Positions 50,999-63,430 of a DNA stretch of 64,000 bases are shown in pieces. The translations under genes and the position numbers were made by a program. The notes under the pieces are model-generated. The model ran no database searches. It was given only the letters and a program-made list of their open reading frames with translations, and was not told the DNA's origin. Position 1 is the stretch's first letter. The number at the start of each line of letters is the position of its first letter. Origin of the DNA: Octopus sinensis (Eukaryota); assembly GCF_006345805.1 (NCBI RefSeq), contig NC_043006.1:59272001-59336000 (forward strand), written 5' to 3'.

Positions 50999-51340
50999 AT
51001 TACCTCCGCCTTAGCAGAGATATTGTTTTCAGTCGTGTTTGTTTGCTTCTTTGTCCGTGGACAAAATATCTCAAGAACCGCTGGATGGATTCGGATGAAA
51101 CTTACAGAGATGTTTTGCCTTGTAACTGGCATGAACTGATTAGATTTTGGGATCGATCTGGGACCGGGCAGGGATTCTAGATTATTTTTCCTGTTTTTTT
51201 CATTAAATTTTTTGAGAATGGTCGGGTTCACTTTTAGTATTCTCGTTTGTGAGAGCTGTCGAGTTTATTTCAGATATTCATTTTAAAAATCATCTCTGGC
51301 TAATCGTTGAGAGGACGTTGGCGTTGCCTTTGCGGAAGTT
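50999..51340 (+). mobile_element. Helentron/HINE-like non-autonomous element
   Basis: Same family as 31990-32289, opposite orientation. Confidence 0.55.
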
Positions 51341-51341
51341 T

Positions 51342-51395
<54 letters not shown>

Positions 51396-51639
51396 AAGTG
51401 CTCTTGTTCTTTGTTGCATTTATACTTTTATTCCTTTCATCCATTGGACTGCAATCATGCTGGAGTATCAGCTTCAAAGGCTTCATCAACCAAATAAACC
51501 CCAGTCACAGTACAGTGTTTATCTTCTCTGAGCATCGAACCGCTAAGTTTCGTTTCTGACATGCAGAGTTTCGACTCGATAAACCGGCCTATTTTAGTCA
51601 TGCCAGCACATACACATTTACTATACATACATACATACA

Positions 51640-52492
51640 CAAGAAGGACAGAGATGCAGGAAACGCAGTAAAATATGACAACAGGTGCAGACTTTGTGAA
51701 GTTCACACTGAATATATCACCCACATCATAAGCAGTTGTCCGAAAATGTCATCACGGTATTTTCTACCGATGAGACATGATGTCCTAGCTAGGACACTCT
51801 AAAATGAAAGCCGTCGGAAGCATAACCCCGAGGACACAGAAATAAGAACCCACAGTATGGTAGAAGACATAGCCACTCATAATAAAAAGAAGTACTGCTG
51901 GAATGTCCCAGTGAAAAGCTTGAATAAAATGTAAGCACAACAGACCAGATATAATGATTTGGGATAAAGAAGAGAAACTGTGTACAGTTGTAGAAATTAG
52001 CTGCCCAGTGGATGTTAACATAAAGCTGAAGATCTGTGAAAATGAGAATATTTACGCTGAGAAATCTACAGTTACTCTACCCAGATTACAAGTTCAAGTT
52101 TATACCTGTAATTATTTGGGTCCTGGGATGTGTAACACACTGCCTAAATACCCTAAATACCAATCTTGAGAAATTAGGCTTCTCAAAACCAGAAAAGAGA
52201 AAGCTAATTCGAAGACTAGAAATCCAAGAAATCACTGGAACCATAAAAATCTGTAAAACTTTCCAGAAGTTTATCATTTAAATATATGTGAAACTGTCTA
52301 GATATGCAACTATATGCAAGAGAAGACATACATAAAACAGAACATACAAATCTGCATATATACATACATACTTACAAACAAAAATTCCCTGTTGTTGATG
52401 TTGAAATTCCAATCAAGGAGCCTTGAATCTAGGTTAGAAACCGTCTCTTTCTCTATTGGCAAGAAATCTTAAAATAAACCGAACAATGACAA
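51640..52492 (+). mobile_element. R4/Dong-like LINE 3' part: CCHC, restriction-like endonuclease, 3' UTR
   Basis: CRLCEVHTEYITHIISSC (CX2CX8HX4C) and RPDIMIWDKEEKLCTVVEISCP, with frameshifts; (CATA)n on both ends. Confidence 0.88.
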
Positions 52493-52549
52493 ACATACAT
52501 ACATACATACATACATACATGTGCTACAAATTGGTCATGACTCCTAGGA

Positions 52550-52932
52550 GCACTCCGTCGGTTGCGACGATGAGGGTCCCAGCTGATACGATCAACGGAA
52601 CAGCTTGCTCATGATATTAACGTGCAAGTGGCTGAGCACTCCACAGACACATGTACCCTTAACGTAGTTCTCGAGGAGATTCAGCGTGACACACAGAATG
52701 TGACAAGGCTGGCCCTTTGAAATACAGGTACAAGAGAAACAGGAAGAAAGAGCGAGAGAAAGTTGTGGTGAAAGAGTACAGCAGGGTTCACCACCACCCC
52801 CTGCCGGAGCCTCGTAGAGCTTTAGGTGTTTTCGCTCAATAAACACTCATAATGCCCGGTCTGGGAATCGAAACCGCGATCCTCCGACAGCGAGTCCGCT
52901 GCCCTAACCACTGGGCCATTGCGCCTCCACAA
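52550..52932 (-). mobile_element. SINE family R copy with 15-bp TSD
   Basis: TSD TCATGACTCCTAGGA at 52535-52549 and 52933-52947. Confidence 0.92.
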
Positions 52933-53124
52933 TCATGACTCCTAGGACTATAGAAATATACAAGACCTTAAGACTTAAAGGATGATAGTTATAACAAGAT
53001 ACTTACCTTCACAGCCCGCCTACCAAGTCGGTGCGCAGTCAAAATTTACTCTAAAAGTAAAAAGAACCTATACACATGTACCAATACATACATACGTCAA
53101 TCAATCAAGCAATTAATCAATACA

Positions 53125-53192
53125 TACATACATGCATATATACATTCATACATACATACATACATACATACATACATACATACATACATACA

Positions 53193-53224
<32 letters not shown>

Positions 53225-53486
53225 CATACATACATACAGTGTGTGCGAATGTGTGTCTATGTGTCTTGGTGCTTGTATGTAATTATTAAAGGAAAACGAG
53301 AGGAAAGTGGGCGTGACATAAATGTATGAAAGTGTGTGGGCGGGAGATACTGTAATGTGAAAGAAAGACATGGACAAGAGATGATATATGTATATTTATC
53401 TATGCATCTATCTATACATACGTATATACATACATGCATGCATGCATATATACATACATACGTACGTACATACATGCATACATACA

Positions 53487-53518
<32 letters not shown>

Positions 53519-53546
53519 CATACATACATACATACATACATACATA
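53125..53546. repeat. Interrupted (ACAT)n arrays
   Basis: Direct observation. Confidence 0.9.
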
Positions 53547-53824
53547 CAACTTTCTTTTGATGCATTGATTTGAAAATATTGTAGGCATTATATGGCAGAA
53601 GTGTTACGATGTTCACTTCATGAGCACGAAACGTCGGGTTCGATCCCACAGTTATGCCATTTTGGTCAAATATAATTTCCTCTAGTTTCTAAACGAAATA
53701 TTTGACCAAAATGGCATAACTGTGGGATCGAACCCGGCGTTTCGGGCTCATGAAGTGAACATCGTAACACTTCTGCCATATAATGCCTACAATATTTTCA
53801 AATCAATGCATCAAAAGAAAGTTG
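53547..53824. mobile_element. Near-perfect foldback (127-bp arms) whose arms are tRNA-like cassettes
   Basis: Arms 53547-53673 and 53698-53824, 2 mismatches; each has TGGCAGAAGTG, GGTTCGATCC and ATGCCA-TTTT. Confidence 0.8.
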
Positions 53825-53844
53825 TATGTATGTATGTATTCGTT

Positions 53845-54037
53845 AGTTACTGCACGCATTTTTTTTCTCTCCTTCTTTCTGTGTTTTTTTTCTCTCTGTA
53901 TCTTTCTGTTGAAGAGCGTAGGCTCGAAACGTTAAAGACTTGTTTTATTTATATTTCCTGAGCGCCATACTAATACAATTGTTTGTTTGTTTTCCACCTG
54001 CCTTCGTCTTTTGTCTATTTTCATAAAGCTTCCCGTT
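53845..54037 (+). mobile_element. Family P short element
   Basis: CTTT-CTGTTGA-A-GAGC-GTAG-GCTC-GAAA-CG-TT-AAAG; ends in (TATG)n. Confidence 0.75.
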
Positions 54038-54325
54038 GTATGTATGTATGTATGTATGTATGTATGTATGTACGTACGTACGTATGTATGTATGTATCTT
54101 TGTATGTATGTATGTATGTATCTTTGTATGTATGTATGTATGTATGTATGCATGTATGTATGTATGTACGTACGTACGTACGTACGTATGTATGTATGTA
54201 CGTACGTACGTACGTATGTATGTATGTATCTTTGTATGTATGTATGTATGTATGCATGTATGTATGCATGTACGTACGTACGTACGTACGTACGTACGTA
54301 CGTATGTATGTATATATGCATGCAT
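54037..54325. repeat. (TATG)n/(TACG)n mosaic microsatellite
   Basis: Direct observation. Confidence 0.93.
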
Positions 54326-54499
54326 GGAAAAGTTGGGGAAAAGGAAGCTATCCATCGGGTAAATTTTACCTGGATTTAAAATATACAACAAGGTTGTATC
54401 TTTTCAATACAGGTAAAATCTACCTAATGGAATACAGGTACACATTTTGTACCACGCTGATACTGCTTGAGAATTATGTTAAGGGTACATGTGTCTCTG

Positions 54500-55005
54500 T
54501 GGAGTCGCAATGGCCCAGTGGTTAGGGCAGTGGACTCGCGGTCGTAGGATCGCGGTTTCAATTCCCAGACCGGGCATTTTGAGTGTTTATTGAGCGAAAA
54601 CACCTAAAGTTACACGAGGCTACGGCAGTGGGTGGTGGTGAACCCTGCTGTACTCTTTCACCACAACATTCTCTCACACTTTCTTCCTGTTTCTGTTGTA
54701 CCTGTATTTCAAAGGGTCAGCCTTGTCACACTCTGTGTCACGCTGAATCTCCCCGGAGAACTACGTTAGGGGTACACGCGTCTGTGCTCAATCACTCGCA
54801 CGTAAATATATGAGCTGCGACGTCACGGGTGCCAAGCTGTATCGGCCTTTGCCTTCCCCTTGGATAACATCGGCGGCGTGGAGAGGTGAGGCTGGTGTGC
54901 GTGGGCGACTGCTGGTCTTCCATAAACAACCTTACCCAGACATGTGCCTCGAAGGGTAACTTTCTAGGTGCAATCCCATGACCAAAGGGGGTCACATCTG
55001 TCTCT
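54500..55005 (+). mobile_element. SINE family R copy with extended 3' segment
   Basis: Head and body as 10329-10714, then an unrelated GC-richer tail. Confidence 0.75.
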
Positions 55006-55009
55006 GAAG

Positions 55010-55432
55010 GCGATGAGCTGACAGAGTCGTTAGCATGTGGGGCAAAATGCTTCGCAACATTACGTCCGTCTTTACGTTCTGAGTTCAAACTCCGCCAAGG
55101 CCGACTTTGTCTTTTATCTTTTCGGGGTTGGTAAAATAATTATCAGCTGAGCACTGGGGTCAATGAAAGCGACTTACGCCTCCTCCCAAAATTGCTGTCC
55201 TTGTGCTGCAATCCGATATCAATATTTAATTAATTCGAGGCAAAGAGCTGCCAGGGTCGTTAGTATTCCGGACAAAATACTTCGCGGCATTGTTCCTGTC
55301 TTAACGTTCTGAGTTCAAACTCCACCGAGGTCAAATTCTTCTTTTCGGGATAAAATAAGCACCAGCTGAGACCCAATGTCGATGAAATCGACTTAGCTCT
55401 CATCCCAAAATTGCTGTCCTTGTGCCAAACTT
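55010..55432 (+). mobile_element. Two tandem diverged SINE family X copies
   Basis: Family X bodies ending CCCAAAATTGCTGTCCTTGTG. Confidence 0.75.
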
Positions 55433-55652
55433 TTAAATCTGTATGTAATTGATTCTGGAGTAGATAATTCAGTTGATCCAACCACTGAATCTTCATTGTC
55501 AAACGACGAAGATCCACCAATGTAAACACGACTCAATTCTAGATTTTTTATTAAAGATTATATTTCTCTCTTTCTCTCTTTCTTTCTAAATTTCTTCCTA
55601 TCATTCTTTCTTTTTCCCTTACTCCCTTACACCTTTTGTTCCTTTCTTTCCT

Positions 55653-55699
<47 letters not shown>

Positions 55700-56139
55700 C
55701 TCTTTTTGTCTTGCTTTCTGTTTTTCTTTCTTTCTTTCTGTCTTTCTTGCTTTCTTTTTTTCTTTCTTTCTCCACAAATTTCGCTGAGTTCGTTGCAGTT
55801 TGTTTGGAACACTAAAGCACTTAAGCCCATCATCAACCCTTTTAAGGCCTTCCAGATGAAATAATGTTGGCATCTGAAAAACCTTCATAAAATGCATAAT
55901 TCTCGTTGTGTTTCTCATACAAATGATACGTTTCTGACAGCTACAGCAACGCATAGAATTGTTTGCGAAATTCCGGCGAAACAAATACAAAGGAATATTT
56001 TTTATTTCAAGCTATTGATTTTGTTTTCCGCTTTTCGATTCTGATGGTTGCATCTTTTGACTATACAAATAAATATATACATACATGCATACATGAAACA
56101 TAGATGTATATATGCGTATATGTATGTATACATGTAATG

Positions 56140-56183
<44 letters not shown>

Positions 56184-56372
56184 TATAGGTATATATATTC
56201 ATATATATGTATGGGGATGAAATAGGATGTGTATCTGCATATATATAATATATATATTATTATATATATATATAATAATGGCAAAGAATGTATATTATAT
56301 ATATATATTGTATTTATTATATATATATATATATGGCATATATACATATATATATGCATCTATATTATTTGC

Positions 56373-56411
<39 letters not shown>

Positions 56412-56418
56412 ATATAAT

Positions 56419-56449
<31 letters not shown>

Positions 56450-56543
56450 TACATACTATATAATATGTATGTTATGTATTGTATGTATTTAATGTATGTT
56501 ATGTATGTATGTATATATTGTATGTATGTATATACGCAGCGCG

Positions 56544-56708
56544 CAGAAGTGTCTGTGTGGTAAGTAGCCTGCTTACCAATCACAGTTCCAGGCTCATTCC
56601 CACTGCGCGGCACACCTTGGGCAATGTCTTTTACTATAGCCCAGACCGACCAAAGCTTTGTGAGTGGATTTGATAGACGGAAACTGAAAGAAGTCCGTCG
56701 TATAGCAT

Positions 56709-56794
<86 letters not shown>

Positions 56795-56965
56795 TGTTTT
56801 TGCCCCACCCTCCTTGACACCAATGTGGGTGTGTTTACGTCCCCGTACCTTAGCGGTAGGCAAAAGAGACCGATAGTATTAGTACTATGCTTACAAAGGA
56901 GTCTTGGTGTCCATTTTCGTTCGACTAAAGGCGGCGCTCCAGCATGGCCCAGTCAGGACAACTGG
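56544..56965 (+). mobile_element. SINE family K copy
   Basis: Reverse complement of 12468-12870. Confidence 0.85.
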
Positions 56966-56976
56966 AACAAACGAGA

Positions 56977-57033
<57 letters not shown>

Positions 57034-58261
57034 TATATGTAAATGCATAGATACATATATGTATACACTAGCTTGTATACCCAGTAATTACCGGGGGTAA
57101 AGATATTCTATTAAAATGCCTTATGACTCTGATAAAAGAAAACAATTTCGTTATAACTGTCATAAAAGATGCATTTTCCGTCACGAAAATGTACAAAAAG
57201 CTGTCAGCTGGAGGAGGGACAGATTGATGGAGGTTGGCGAGAGAGGTTTTCAGAGGTTGGCGAGAAAGATTGTCGGATGCTGGCGAGAGAGGTTGTCGGA
57301 GGTTGGCGAGAGGCAAAGACATTATTCTGCTTAGCGAAGGCATCTTGGAAATGTATAACTGCTGTCATTCACAGAAAAACTTTACCGCGAGAAAAGCTTG
57401 AAAGTGTTAAGTGAAATTTGGCAATCGAGGATCGAATCCACACTATGCCTGCATGAAGCCACTACAAATATGTTGTGGAATGAAAAATTTATCTGCTGTC
57501 ATGGAAAAAGTGTAACAGTAAAAATGGAGAATTATCAGAGTATGGGCATTAAAAAAAGTATGTATGTACAGAAATGTGTGAATGAAGTCTTTAATGTTTA
57601 AGATTCAAATTAAGGAAGAGCAATAATAATGCTTAGCAGTTCAAAACTGTGAGTAGAGAAATGAAGAATTAGGGCGGCTGATCCAGAGAATCAAATATTG
57701 ATCCCTTCGCTAAAATCTACAGGTGGTACGGGTTATTTCCTTTGGGTGGTTTAAAAAATATATTAGTAATATGTAGTATATAGACGGATTCATTGGAAAG
57801 GTCATATTATCGATTTTTTTCAACAATCTAAGTATGTCATGAGGTTTCCAGACATGACTCCTACTCACGTGTCAAATAAAGTATAAAAGAGATATTGTCT
57901 GCAAAAATAAGACACAAAAAAAAATCAATATTCAAAGTAATCGAACATAAACAATGAAATGGGTTATTTCCTTTGTGTGTTTAAAATTATTGTACAGGTG
58001 TTATGGGTGTTTAAAAAATTAGTCATATGAGGTAAATATAAAGTTCCCTTCCAGGGGCCGCATTATCGATTTTTTTAACAATCTAAGTATGTCACGAGGT
58101 TTCCAGACATGAGTTCTACTCACGTGTGAAGTTCCATCAAAATCAATAAAACGATGTAAGAAGAGTTAGTTAACAACGCCACAAACGCACACCGATATGT
58201 AGTAGATATATACATATACTAGCTGAAGGTGACCCGCTCTACGCGCGGGTAAGAGTGTGGT

Positions 58262-58602
58262 TGTTACTTTCTGTTGCTTCCTTTCAGCACGTAAAAAGCA
58301 CCATCCGAACGTGGCCGATTGCAGCGCCGCCTTGACTGGCTTCTGTGCCGGTGGCACGTAAAAAGCACCAACCGATCGTGGCCGCTGCTAGCCCCCCTGG
58401 GACCTGTTACGGCAGCACGAAAAAAAGCACCCACTACGCTCACAGAGTGGTTCGCGTTAGGAAGGGCATCCACCTGTAGAAACACTGCCAGATCAGACTG
58501 GAGCCTGGTGCAAGCCTCCTGGCTTCCCAGACCCCGGTCAAACTGTCCAACATGTGCTAGCACGGAAAACGGACGTTAAACGATGATGATGATGATGATG
58601 AT
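58262..58602 (+). mobile_element. SINE 3' part with (GAT)n tail (RTE-type tail)
   Basis: Internal GCACGTAAAAAGCACC repeats; ends GGAAAACGGACGTTAAACGATGATGATG. Confidence 0.65.
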
Positions 58603-58772
58603 GATTCTCCCTCTTTGTTTCTCTCTCCTTTCTCTCTCACTTTTCCCACTCTCTATCTTTATCTATCTCTCTCCCATTTATAAACAACAAAAGATCTTGA
58701 GTAAGTGGGAAATAAAATATTTAGAAAGATCAATCATAAATATCAGGAGCAGTAACAACGGAAAGGTCTGCT

Positions 58773-58872
58773 NNNNNNNNNNNNNNNNNNNNNNNNNNNN
58801 NNNNNNNNNNNNNNNNNNNNNNNNNNNNNNNNNNNNNNNNNNNNNNNNNNNNNNNNNNNNNNNNNNNNNNNN
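58773..58872. other. Assembly gap (100 N)
   Basis: Run of n. Confidence 1.
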
Positions 58873-58964
58873 ATTTCCTAAGCGTCATACTAATACAATT
58901 GTTTGTTTGTTTCCCACCTGCCTTCGTCTTTTGTCTTTTTTATAAAGCTTCCCGTTATATATAT

Positions 58965-59041
<77 letters not shown>

Positions 59042-59519
59042 ACATGTGTGTTATATATATATATATATAATATATATATATATTATATATATATATATAT
59101 ATAGGTTTGCAAGATTCTTTATGTGAATTTGTATGTTGAAGCATATTTTATTGTGTCTGGGGAGATTCATTGTCATTTAGTGCCTTATCATTTAGCACAT
59201 TCACCACTTTAATTTCCAGTCAGTTTCTTTTTTTTTTCTTTTCTAAAATTTTCGTTGCGTCTTGCAACATTTTTCAATAGTCATTGAGTCTTTCTGCTCT
59301 GATTACGGCCAGAGTCAACAACTATTGAAAAGATTGCATGCGGCAAGGAAAATTTTAGAAAAAATAAATAAGTAAATGAGTGGAAATAGAACTGGTGCGT
59401 GTATTAGATAATAAGGCGCTAAAAGAGAATTACTCTCCCCATACACAATCACACAAACACATATATATGTATGTATGTTTGTAGGTAGGTAGGTAGGTAT
59501 GAATATATATATATATATT

Positions 59520-60446
59520 TTCAACTCCAGTCTGATCTATATGCTGTGAGTCAATGGGCAGACAGAAACAAAATGCAACTGAACGAGGGAAAATTTGAGC
59601 TGATGCATTTTGGAAGAAATTTCTCACTAAAATAGCCATACTCTCTTCCTTCAGGGGAGCCGCTCACAGCCTCGAACAATATCAGAGACCTGGGTATAAT
59701 TGTTGATGACGATCTCAGTTGGAGTGCACACATCAACAATAAGGTCGATATAGCTCGTAGAATGAGTTCCTGGATCTTAAGAACTTTCCGGTCCACAGAA
59801 CAGGGTGTCATTATACCACTTTTCTCTTCATTTGTACGGCCACACCTCGAATACTGCTGCCCACTGTAGTCTCCCCATAAAAGACAAAACATCTCGAGGA
59901 TTGAATCACCCCAGAGGGCACTCACTAAACGAATTGAAGGCATGGCTGCTCTCGATTATTGGGATCGCCTTAAAGCCTTGAAAGACTACTCTCTCCAGCG
60001 TCGCCGTGAGCGGTACATCATTTGTACGATGTGGAGAATATACCGCCAACTTTGCCCAAACGACCTGAGCATTAGCTTCAAGGTTCATCCAAGACTGGGA
60101 CCACGGGCCATACGTCCCCTGCCCAATTCAAGATCACAGCATACATGTACACTGCAACATAATTTCTTTTCCCCAACAGGCCCTGCCCTATTTAACATTG
60201 TCCCTAAAGAGATCAAAGAGAAAAAGGATCCCATCAACTTTAAACGGAGTCTGGATAGATTCCTTCAAGGAATACCAGATAAGCCACCCATAATTGGGTA
60301 CAACTCACCCAAAAAAATCTCACTACTTGAATGGAGCATAAACAAAATTTGACTTAAACAGGATTCAGATAATCCTATCAGGTGGTGCTATTAAGTTAGA
60401 CATGGCCTGGACCAATCTTTGGTCGAAACATATCTAAGTTTATCTA

Positions 60447-60452
<6 letters not shown>
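59520..60452 (+). mobile_element. CR1-clade LINE 3' end (RT thumb to tail)
   Basis: RDLGIIVDDDLSWSAHI...FVRPHLEYCCP*...LQRRRERY; one stop; tail (ATCTAAGTTT)x2. Confidence 0.92.
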
Positions 60453-60495
<43 letters not shown>

Positions 60496-60501
60496 TATAT
60501 A

Positions 60502-60700
60502 GTTAACCCAAACCTGAAAACGCAACAACGCGAGGACGTGGAACAAGTATAGTGTTATTCGACGCTCAGGAAAAGAAGGCGGATCTAACGTTTCGAGCGA
60601 AGCTCTTCATCAGAAACCTAGAAAAAAGGTAAGATCCAAGGAAGGGAAGACGGAGGAAAAAAAATCGCCAGCGATACACACACCGTCATATATTGAATGA
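60502..60700 (-). mobile_element. Family P-related short element with intact hammerhead, ending in (TA)n
   Basis: Shares CCTGAGCGT segment and layout with family P. Confidence 0.7.
60582..60618 (-). ncRNA. Minimal type I hammerhead ribozyme
   Basis: GGUUU-CUGAUGA-A-GAGC(UUC)GCUC-GAAA-CG-UU-AGAUC; helix I has two G-U pairs. Confidence 0.65.
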
Positions 60701-60734
60701 TCGGAAGAGAATTGGTGAAGAAAAAGTTCTTCCA

Positions 60735-61245
60735 AAGGCAGGAGAGTGCAAGTTTAGCATTTGCCTAATGAAGGAATTTGATGTTCCTACCCTCGTCCCT
60801 ACATCCAGCCTTGAAGCGGACTCATCTAGGAGTTTCGATAGTATGATATCTAGTTTAATGTTGAAGTCGTTTACATGAACGTGATGGAGATCTCTCAGCT
60901 CCTTCAGTAGGATATTAAAGTGCTCTGGTGTCCCTTGAATCTCAAGCTATTGCAGTATCTGGTCGTTTGTTTCGACGGCATAAGAGGGGTTTTATATACT
61001 ATGGAATGTATGACAAGTTTATCCAGGATCTCCCAATTGTGTATTGCAGTATATTTTTCTCACTGCATTCCAATGTGTAAATTATTAACTTCTTGGAGTT
61101 TTCTCCAGTTAATAATTTGCTGCACGGAGGCTATCTTCCTGTAGCTTCGCTGGACTGCTTTGAGTTCCGCTATTAATTTGATACTGTATATATGAGCATA
61201 AACGGGAGCAATAGTCTCGACGGCTTTGGACAAAAGTCCTCCAGA
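60735..61245 (-). mobile_element. Older CR1-like LINE 3' fragment, frameshifted
   Basis: IKLIAELKAVQRSYRKIASVQ...TRYCNSLRFKG...FNILLKELRDLH...KLDIILSKLLDE. Confidence 0.72.
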
Positions 61246-61619
61246 AGATCATTACGGCTTCCTGGCCACTTTGCTAGAAGTTACAACCCCCCCCCATATA
61301 TATGTATATATATATATATATTATATATATATATATTATATATTATATATATATATATAATATATAAAAATATGTATATATGTATATATGTATATATATA
61401 TATATATTTGAGAGAGAGAGAGAAAGAAAGAAAGAGAGTGAAAGAGAGGGAGAGGTTATGATCTAGAGAGCTAAAGAGAAATGTGTTCAAGACAAATTTT
61501 ATTCATATCACTTAAAAGTGAGTGAAGAAATTTATTATGCAGACGAAATCTGTTTGTTGGATGTTTGTGCAAACAAAATATAACTTACATTTCTCTTATT
61601 AAATACAGGTTTTCATTAG

Positions 61620-61657
<38 letters not shown>

Positions 61658-62439
61658 AAGTGTCTGGTATGGCTGTCTTAGCTCTAAGTGCTATATGTAT
61701 GTGTTTATGTTTGTGTCATATAGGAATGTATGATTCCTCTACAAGCGTTGAGTTGTTTCCTAAATTTTATTCTGCTAGCGATGGCGACGAGTTAAACAAT
61801 GCTGGAAATTTTTCTGAGCAAAATGACTTATGTAGAATACATAAATTGAAACACTTTCTCACTATAAATTCCCGTTTTTGGCCATTCATAAAACGTTATT
61901 CATGCTATAAGAATATAGAGAAATTCACATGGTTGCATTTATAATGAAAACAATATTGTTAACTTTCAAACTGTGCTCGTAAGTCGCTTTTCACCATAAA
62001 GCTATGTGTAATAAAATAAAGTAGTCTGCAGTATAAAATAAGACAAAAGTGAGAGGCAAGGAGAAGGAACACGAAAAACAATATTAAAATGAAATATAGA
62101 AAAAAAAAAAAGATTTCCCAAGCCTCTCGCGAAAATTTCCACGGCTAATATATCTTCATAAAAATTTAATAGCTGAAATATTTTTCATTACATTGTTACT
62201 GTTCTGAGATAATTCTGAAAGATTTTCTGTTAAGCAAAGATAAGAACCTAGCTTCTTTATGTTTTTCTATTGTAAAAATGCTTGTATGTAAACATAAAGA
62301 GATTTAATCCATGTTATATCTAAGGTCTAGCACAAGTTACCATTTATCTTTGAATAATTTTCAGAAGACCAATTAAAGATTCCTGCTTGAGTTAAAAGGT
62401 TGCTAACTCCATTGCCTATAACATCTGGTCTTAAATATA

Positions 62440-63430
62440 TTTCCTGTCACCAAGTGGCATGGAAGGGGACATATTTGGAGGAGATTATACAGAGTGTATG
62501 CTGTGTGGACTTAGATACAAAATGAGTAATGATCGTGGAGCATTTCTCTATAGAAATGTGGGAGTATTGCTCCTAGAACCACCAATATTAAGAAGTGAGA
62601 AAAAGAAGATTATGCAAAGTTGCTAGAAATGGAATCAGAATGTCGAAGTTTGGAAGGTTAAAGAGTTGAAGGTAATGAATCAGTTTTGGGTTTTTGTTGT
62701 GTGTATGGAGGTTAGATGCTCTTAAAATTATGGTGCATCATGCACTTAAGTGCTTCTGATAGGGCAAGGGAAAGTTCATGTACTGCCAGGGATAGTTAAC
62801 ATAAGACTGGTCCTGCTCCGACCTTTCAGCTTATTTGAAGTTCCTTACAATTCATAATGGAGGCTTTTGTGTAATATATGGATGTGTATAGTTGCAATAT
62901 CTCAATATTTGGACGGCCCATTAGGCGCAAGGACGGTTATGGTTTGATAGAAAGTGAGAAAGAAATCAAATTTATTTAGAATGTTTGTGGATCAATCAGA
63001 ACGGTATGCAAGGAACAAAAAGGATTCCACACGATTCAGTTTCTGGACTGACGTCATCAATATGAGATGAGTGTAAGAAACATGGGAATTTACGAACATT
63101 GAATTTACTGAGAAGAGGAGAGTGTGAAGTGAGAAAGATCTCTTCAACGCTGTAGCAGATCAGGTTTAAGTAGTGTCAGTGGCCGGGGAATTTGATAAAC
63201 GCTAGCAGAAGATGTATTTGAATGAATAGGGATAGGTGACATTGAGCAAGTCGAACTGGAAGTGTTTGTTGCTGATATCTAGATAAGGCCGGTGAGTGAC
63301 AAGATGGTATCTATTTATACACAGATACCATTTTCCAGAATGAAATTTGGATAAAGAGTGTAACCTCAATATCAGACAGATTTTATTATGTCTCGGACAG
63401 GTATAGGGTAAGGAGTTTGTCAAGGGATGT
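62440..63430 (-). mobile_element. Possible very decayed LINE (endonuclease to RT) relic
   Basis: Only faint resemblance (GGSRSNTPTFL*RNAP, PLGDRKY) to GPDGIP/KKGD motifs; many stops. Confidence 0.25.

Noticed and set aside
53611-53625. TCA or CAT anticodon (tRNA-Sec or tRNA-Met gene)
   Set aside because: No proper 5-bp stem with 7-nt loop and a weak T-stem; not a functional tRNA
53076-54525. Many overlapping YIHT/MYVC ORFs
   Set aside because: Stop-free frames of (ACAT)n and (TATG)n
57730-58110. Roughly 235-bp-period partial duplication, and 23-bp tandem repeats at 57228-57315
   Set aside because: Ordinary internal repeats of a non-autonomous element
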